Origin: Eledone cirrhosa
Lineage: Eukaryota
Direction: 5' to 3'
Length of the DNA: 64,000 bases
Assembly: GCA_964016885.1 (NCBI GenBank)
Contig: OZ024743.1
Span: 170,190,001 to 170,254,000, forward strand
In this document: piece by piece, positions 54,955-64,000 of the stretch
How positions within the stretch are numbered: the first letter of the stretch is position 1
Layout: each line of letters begins with the position of its first letter
Program-made: the position numbers and the translations under genes
Notes under the pieces: model-generated
The model's database searches: none
Told to the model about the DNA's origin: nothing
The model's input: only the letters and a program-made list of their open reading frames with translations

Positions 54955-56210
54955 CATCATCATCATCATCATCATCAGGTTTAGCGTCCGTGTTCCACGC
55001 TTGCATGGGTTTGGACGGGGGTTTTCCCACTTGAGGCAAGAGTGGTTGTCTTGCTCGCATAGGACTGTCTGGCGGGTTTTCTACAGTTGGATGCCCTTCC
55101 TAACACCAACCACATTTACAGTGTGGGGCTGGGAGGTTTTTACCGTGTTGCCTACACGGCCACATTACAGCGTGGACTGTCTGGCGGGTTTTCTACAGCT
55201 GGATGCCCTTCCTAACACCAACCACATTTACAGTGTGGGGCTGGGAGGTTTTTACCGTGTTGCCTACACGGCCACATTTACAGCGTGGACTGTGTGTTTT
55301 TTGTCGTGACACCTACACGATCTCATTTGTTTCGGCCTGGATGTTGTGGGACCAACATAACTTTACATTGAAAGGGGCGGTGTGGGTGGGGTGGAGGTGG
55401 TGGGACGGGGGTGTGTTTTGATAGAGGTGCCTACTGACTGTAGTAGGTTTTTACTTTGTATTTAGGTAAGGCGGGTCTTCTCTATTACTGAGTACCGCCA
55501 AAGGTCTCGGTCCAGTGACATTGTCTTGGAGAGGTGTAAGCGTGTGAGGTCGGAATTTATCAGCTCGTCCCATGTTTTTCTGGGTCTGCCTACTCCGTGG
55601 CTACCGTCTATCTTTATTGCCCTGCACTTTGTTATACAGCTGTCGTCTTTCATGCGCATCACGTGACCGTACCAACGTAGCCTTCTCTCGAGTAAACAAC
55701 ATCTGATCCCTCTTATTTCTAATTTTTTCCTTAGTTCGTTTATGCTTTGCCGTTCGCGTATATTACTATTGCACATCCAGCGGAGCATGCAAGCTTCGTT
55801 CCTCTCTAGTCTGCGTATATCCTCTGCACACAATGCCCAGGTCTCACTGCTATGCAGCATTGCTGTTCGTATGCAGGCATCGTATAACCTGCCTTTCATT
55901 TTTAAGGAGAACCCTCTAGCGGCTAATAGTGGTATAAGCTCTCTGAACTTTTTCCATCCAGTTCTGACTCTAGCTACTGTACTTTCAGAGCACCCTCCCC
56001 CACTGCTGATTTTGTCACCCAGATAACGGAAGCTGTCCACTATTTCTATAGAACCCTCTGCGCAGTTGAAGGAGCTAGTATTTTGTGGGCACTTGCTGCT
56101 ACTTATTGCACCAGAGCACCGGCCACATGTAAAATCTATGTTCTTAGTTAGCTTACCTGTGATCCCACTACATCTTTTATGCACCCATACTTTGCATTTG
56201 GGACATACCT
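54955..56210 (-). mobile_element. RTE LINE 3' portion
   Basis: ORF 55462-56184 (FRYLGD, LERRLRWYGHVMR, GRPRKTW); 3' UTR with an internal duplication of ~113 bp; (cat)n tail at 54955-54977. Confidence 0.9.
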
Positions 56211-56776
56211 ATGCTTCTACTTCATATTTATTTAAATCTATTTTTAATATATTTTGATATATTTTAATATATCTTAATATATTTTAATATATCTTTATTT
56301 TTATTTTTAATATACCTTTATTTTTTCTATATATCTAATTTTCTACCCTTGCAAGCAGGGAAAAGCGGACGTTAAATGGTGATGATGATCATCATGATTA
56401 TAATAGTAAATAAATATTGATTATAATAGAATTCTAACAATTATTAGTAAATATACGTAACATAAATATGTAACATAAACATAAGACGTATTTACGTTAT
56501 ATGAACTCATCCTCAGATAAGGTTCTTTCTTCCCTTTATTTCTTCACTCTACTTCTACATATACTAATATTTTCTTTTCTCTTTTCTTTTCTCTCTCTTC
56601 TTCCCAAAGTGTAATTTAAATAAACGGTTGTTTTTTTTTAATTTTTCGGACATTCATTTGCATATTCACACAGAACTTTGAATTACCCTCAATAAATTTT
56701 TTTACTATCCAGCGAATTTTCAACCGTCAAGGTCATTTTCCACGGCTATGTCACTATTTATAAAACAAATTTTGTA

Positions 56777-56837
56777 TTTTATTTGATGAAAGCGCACCAA
56801 CACTGCTTTGGTTGCCGTTGAAATATATATAATAAAA
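56777..56837 (+). ncRNA. Hammerhead-like motif (C3U variant) at the PLE 3' end
   Basis: ttttat TTGATGA aagcgcaccaa..ttggttgccgtt GAAA tatata TA ataaaa; same stem I as the 34664 motif. Confidence 0.6.
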
Positions 56838-57226
56838 TAATTATGGTTTTATAAATATAGTTTCCATTTATTAATATATTGAATATTTACTCCAGTAAAC
56901 TGTTGAGTGCTCTATATCAGTTATAAACTTTTAAGTTTGTTGAAATCCCAACAAATTAAATATAACTTCTGAATATATATGTATATATATATATGTATAT
57001 ATATATATGTATATATATGTATATATGTATATGTGTATATGTATATATATATATATATATATATAGTATTAGTTATACAATTTATGGTTATGTAAAAACA
57101 AAACCTTATACAGTTATAAGTATTTTACACACACCCTAAATAGTGGTAGGCAGTAATGTATTACTACCTTATTACCAGTAAGTTAAGTAGCTCAATGTAA
57201 AAACATCAGATGATTTACAGAGCAGT

Positions 57227-57484
57227 TATAAGAATCAAAGAACTGTTCAAAACATTATTGTGCTTACAGCTGTTTCCTCCAAACCGAGGTTTGGATTCTT
57301 CGGAGCAATTTATTAATGCATGGACAGTTATATGACCTCCTTTTCAGCCGAGAGACATACCGACACATATTCAAACATTGATACATATTCAAACATTGTG
57401 GGTCAACATTCATTACAGAATTTAGAGTGGCAGTACACACTTCGAGATTACATTTATATTAAGAGGTACAATCAAAAATCAAAA
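57227..57484 (-). repeat. Inverted copy of 47524-47780, with hammerhead variant at 57261-57307
   Basis: Direct reverse-complement match; the ORF track also gives [13 protein letters not shown] at both loci. Confidence 0.88.
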
Positions 57485-57795
57485 ATACAGGTTAAAATAC
57501 AACATGAAGATAAGCGGTTATATAGTGCAAATGTTATATGTGTGGCACGCATGTGCGTCTTGTTTATATAGTGTGGCAGAGAGATATGTGTGGTAGAGGC
57601 ACTTAGGTAGGTAAACAAGAGTGTTAGGTTGGTAGATCTGGTGGCAAATTCTTTATATGATTGATATAGTCTGTGTGTGGAGAAATGTTATAAGCATTAA
57701 TAATATGTATATATATGTGTATATGTATATATATGTGTATATGTATATATATGTATGTATATATATATATATGTATGTATATATATATATATGTG

Positions 57796-57950
<155 letters not shown>

Positions 57951-58261
57951 ATATATGTATATATATATATGTATACATGTATATATATATACACATAAGT
58001 GTGGGTGGGTATATATGTCTGTACTAAGGGATTCGCCTAAGCTCCAAAGCTCCCAAGCTATTGCTGTGAAGATATATATCACACTCTACCTTTGTCTAGT
58101 CTAAATAATAACTTTTCCAAACACCCACTTTACTTTTCTTTAAAAATAACACCCACCTAGTTTTATGTCTGCCTTATACTTGGATGTGGGAGCCTCTGTT
58201 GTATATATATGCATTTGTGCGTACATATATATATATATACACATTGTATTACATATTGTAT

Positions 58262-58318
<57 letters not shown>

Positions 58319-58910
58319 CTGTATGGGTCTGTGTGTGTGTATCTGAGGGGGTAGGTGTGAGTGTATGTACAAGTCAACCAACATAAGTCCTTTTATTTCT
58401 AAATTTTCTAAACTATCTAAGTATTTGACTCTAACCATTATTTTAAGTATTACCACCCCACATTAATTCCTCAATTTGTATGTGTGGATGTGGAGGTGGG
58501 TATTAGTGTATGTGCAAGCCAACCTACATAAGTCTTTTTATTTGTAAATTTTCTACTCTAACCATAATTTTCAGTAGCACCACTCCACATAAATTCCTCA
58601 ATTTAAGAATGACCTGTAGTATCTATTTCATACTATTAACCTTAATTGAATATATATCTGACCAGGAATGCTTTTTGTGAAAATCAGTCATATGGAACTA
58701 TTGTCATCTTGCCTGACGGTTTGAAATTTACAATACCACCAGCCTCTTTGAGGTCAAATACCAACCCTACTACCATCTACAAACTGACCAAAGAGAATTA
58801 AGACTATTCCTGCTGACAACATTAAATTATTCCTAACAAGCTCATATGTCCCAAGCCTCTGATACCATCAACACTATAAACACAGAGCTGGCATATCTAA
58901 GAACTGACTA

Positions 58911-58966
58911 ACTGCCTGATGAGGTCATAGACATTCAGTGGCAATCATCGAAATATATATAGCAGT
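58911..58966 (+). ncRNA. Type I hammerhead ribozyme in a solo PLE terminus
   Basis: actgc CTGATGA ggtcatagacattcagtggcaatcatc GAAA tatata TA gcagt, followed by aataaa. Stem II is weak. Confidence 0.7.
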
Positions 58967-59097
58967 AAATAAAGGATTTATATATGTATATGAACCAGTG
59001 GGGGTCTTACTGGTTCCTATTACCCACTCTACTACCCTAAGTATTGAGTACTTTGGTGCGTTATGGTCCACCTGGTTCCTTACCACATTTCCTTCGT

Positions 59098-61505
<2,408 letters not shown>

Positions 61506-63880
61506 TCATCATCATCATTTTATGTCCGCTTTTCCCTGCTTGCAAGGGTGGGACGGGTGTTATTCAGCACAGCATCTCTCCACTCGTCACGGTCCCTCGT
61601 CATCTCCACCGTGAGCTTCAATGATCTGAGGTCTGTTTTTCCCCGCCCATGTTTTTTGTGGTCTACCTCTACCACGTCTTCCTTCAACTGGCAATTCCTG
61701 GCACCTCTTCACCCATCGGTCATCCTCCATGCGCATCACATGTCTCTCTCTCTCTCTCACACTACATTCTATCCCTCTCAGAGAGTTTCTCTCTCAACAC
61801 ATTCATGCTGCGTCGTTCACGCACATCACACAGGCATCATATAACCGGCCTTTTGTACACAGGGAGAAACCCTTCTTCGTCAGCAGAGCAAGCAGCTCCC
61901 TAAACTTCTTCCAACCCGTCCTTATTCTAGATACTATGGCCTCGGAACACCCCTCCCATGCTAATCTGATCTAGGTACCGGAAGCTATCCACCACTTCTA
62001 TAGCATCCGCCTGCATTTGAAAAACGTGTCTAACAATGCGACTTCTACTGTCTAATTTCCCTGCACATCTACTGCATACGTATTTCTCCCTAACTGGTAG
62101 TTTGCCTGCTATCCCACTACATCTTTTGTGTACCCAGGATCTGCATTGTGTGCATTTTATAGAATTTATGCCAGTTCCTTTTCTGCATATCGAACATGGC
62201 CATTTCCCTGACAGTTGTGTCCCCTTTTCTACTCATCAACACTTTTTTCTTAGTTAGGTTCACTCTCAGTCCTCTTGCTTCCAACTGCTATATCCATAGC
62301 CAGAATTTATTCTCTAGCTCCTCTACTGGTTCTGCTATAAGAACCAGATCGTCAGCATAGAGAAGTTCCCATGGACAGCCAGTCTTTAACTCCTCTGTTA
62401 TGGCTTGGAGGTCTATAATGAACAAGAGCGGGCTGAGGACCGAACCTTGATGTACCCCTACTTGTATCTGGAATTCCTCACTAAACTCCATTCCTACCCT
62501 GACTTTACTGACAGTACCTCTGTACAAAGTTTTCACTGTCCTCACAAGCCATTCTTTAACACCTAGTTTCCTTGGGGACCACCAGATGACAGATCAGGGT
62601 ACCCTATCAAAGGCCTTCTCTAGGTCAACAAAAGCTAAGTATAGTGGCTTATGTTTCGCTAAGAACCTGTCTTGTAATTGTCTCACCAAAAAGAGGGCAT
62701 CTGTTGTTCTCTACAGGCACAAAACCAAACTGCATCTCATCTAGTTTGACCCTTTCTCTAATTAGTGGTGCTAATATCCTTTCTGCCACTTTCATAACCT
62801 GATCCATCAGTTTTATACCCCTATAATTGTACCTCTCCAGAGCATCCTCTTTACCCTTGTAGCAATTTATGAGAGTACTGCTGCACCAGTCTTTGGGTAT
62901 GACACCACCATATATAGCCTGATTGATGATGCTTGCAACCAGTTTAGTGCCTACGTCCCCTGATGCCTTTCAGCATCTCAGCAACTATCCCCGATGGTCC
63001 ACAATTTTTCATTTCCTTAATCGCATCTTGGACCCTATATTCGTGAATCTCAATAGCTGGTCTCTCTGTCGGATCTACTGAGGGTAATTTCTCTCTCTCC
63101 CATTCGTTCTCCACATCCATCAGTCTCTCATAATGACATTTCCAGGCCTCCTTTTTCTGATCAATCGTGACACTAAGTACACCGGCATCATCCCGGACAC
63201 ATTTATCTCCAACAACATCCCGATTTGCATTGACACACTGCCTTGCAATGTGGAACACCACACGCCATTTATCTTCCCATCGCAGAACATTGGCAAACCT
63301 CCTACGTTCAGCCTCCCTGCGTGCTAAGTACACCTGACGTCTAGCTTCTGTCTTAGTGGCTGTACATTCTTCCCTACTCCCACCCTTTTTCCAAGCCTTC
63401 CATGCTAATCTTTTGTCTCTAATGGCCTTATTTACTGTGCTGTTCCACCACCAGGTCACTCTCTGTCTGGTTGGAGCTCTGCCCCAACCACAAGTTTCAT
63501 CTGCAGTAAGTTGTCACATTAAGAAATTCCAGTTATTATCGAAATCGTCTTCTTTATCGTCATACACATCTTGAAGGGCTTTGCTAAATTTGTATTTTAG
63601 TGAAAGGTCTTTTAGCTTCTAGACCTTTCTTTTCCACACCTTCCTGTATGTCTCATTCCATCTCTTGCTTACTGAGATATCACTAACGACTAACCTATGC
63701 TGTGGGGTACATTCTTCCCCAGGGTATGCCTTGGTATTAGACACTTTCTGGCTGTCCCGCTGCCTAACTAGTAAGAAGTCAATCTGGCTTATGTGCTCGC
63801 CAGATTTGTAGGTTATTAGGTGGTTGGCAGGTTTCTGAAAGTTAGTGTTGCAAATAGTCAGTGTACTTGCATCACAAAAT
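61506..63880 (-). mobile_element. RTE LINE, second copy of the 245-3330 family, 5'-truncated and decayed
   Basis: Colinear with ~245-2668; GVHQGSVLSPLLF, LLYADDLVL, TWWWN; (cat)n tail. Confidence 0.93.
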
Positions 63881-63945
63881 CACAAAAAATATATCTATGT
63901 ATATATATATAAATGTATATATATATATATGTATATATATATATG

Positions 63946-63976
<31 letters not shown>

Positions 63977-64000
63977 GTATGTATATATATATATATATAT

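Larger units (their letters stand above)
47947..56975 (+). mobile_element. Decayed Penelope-like element related to the 32474-34378 ORF, with nested insertions
   Basis: ORF pieces 47947-48603 ([34 protein letters not shown]) and 52136-53473 (HIILTARK, FDITMG, GLYRDD, CNCRIKSNCPLKNNCL), then an AT-rich 3' region and a hammerhead-like motif at 56777-56837. The 3' boundary is inferred. Confidence 0.85.

Overview
AT-rich eukaryotic repeat-dense DNA with no recognisable host gene. The SINE/LINE repertoire and huge (TA)n tracts suggest a cephalopod (octopus-like) genome; this is an inference. The window holds decayed RTE, CR1/L2-group and CRE-like LINEs, tRNA-derived SINEs, three Penelope-like elements (PLEs; RT plus GIY-YIG) and many long inverted repeats. 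Two things stand out. (1) A 10-copy, 310-bp tandem array (35077-38158) in which every unit carries a type I hammerhead ribozyme inside a highly structured sequence. It looks like a retrozyme/circular-RNA-producing element, has an alternating A/B dimer pattern, and lies next to a hammerhead-bearing PLE. (2) A 3.5-kb, TSD-less, Helitron-like insertion (48604-52135) that splits a PLE codon exactly and carries a spliced three-exon SGNH/GDSL hydrolase gene with 55- and 57-nt introns, which the ORF track does not show whole. Several further distinct hammerhead motifs mark PLE termini. All calls are by eye; no searches or folding were run.
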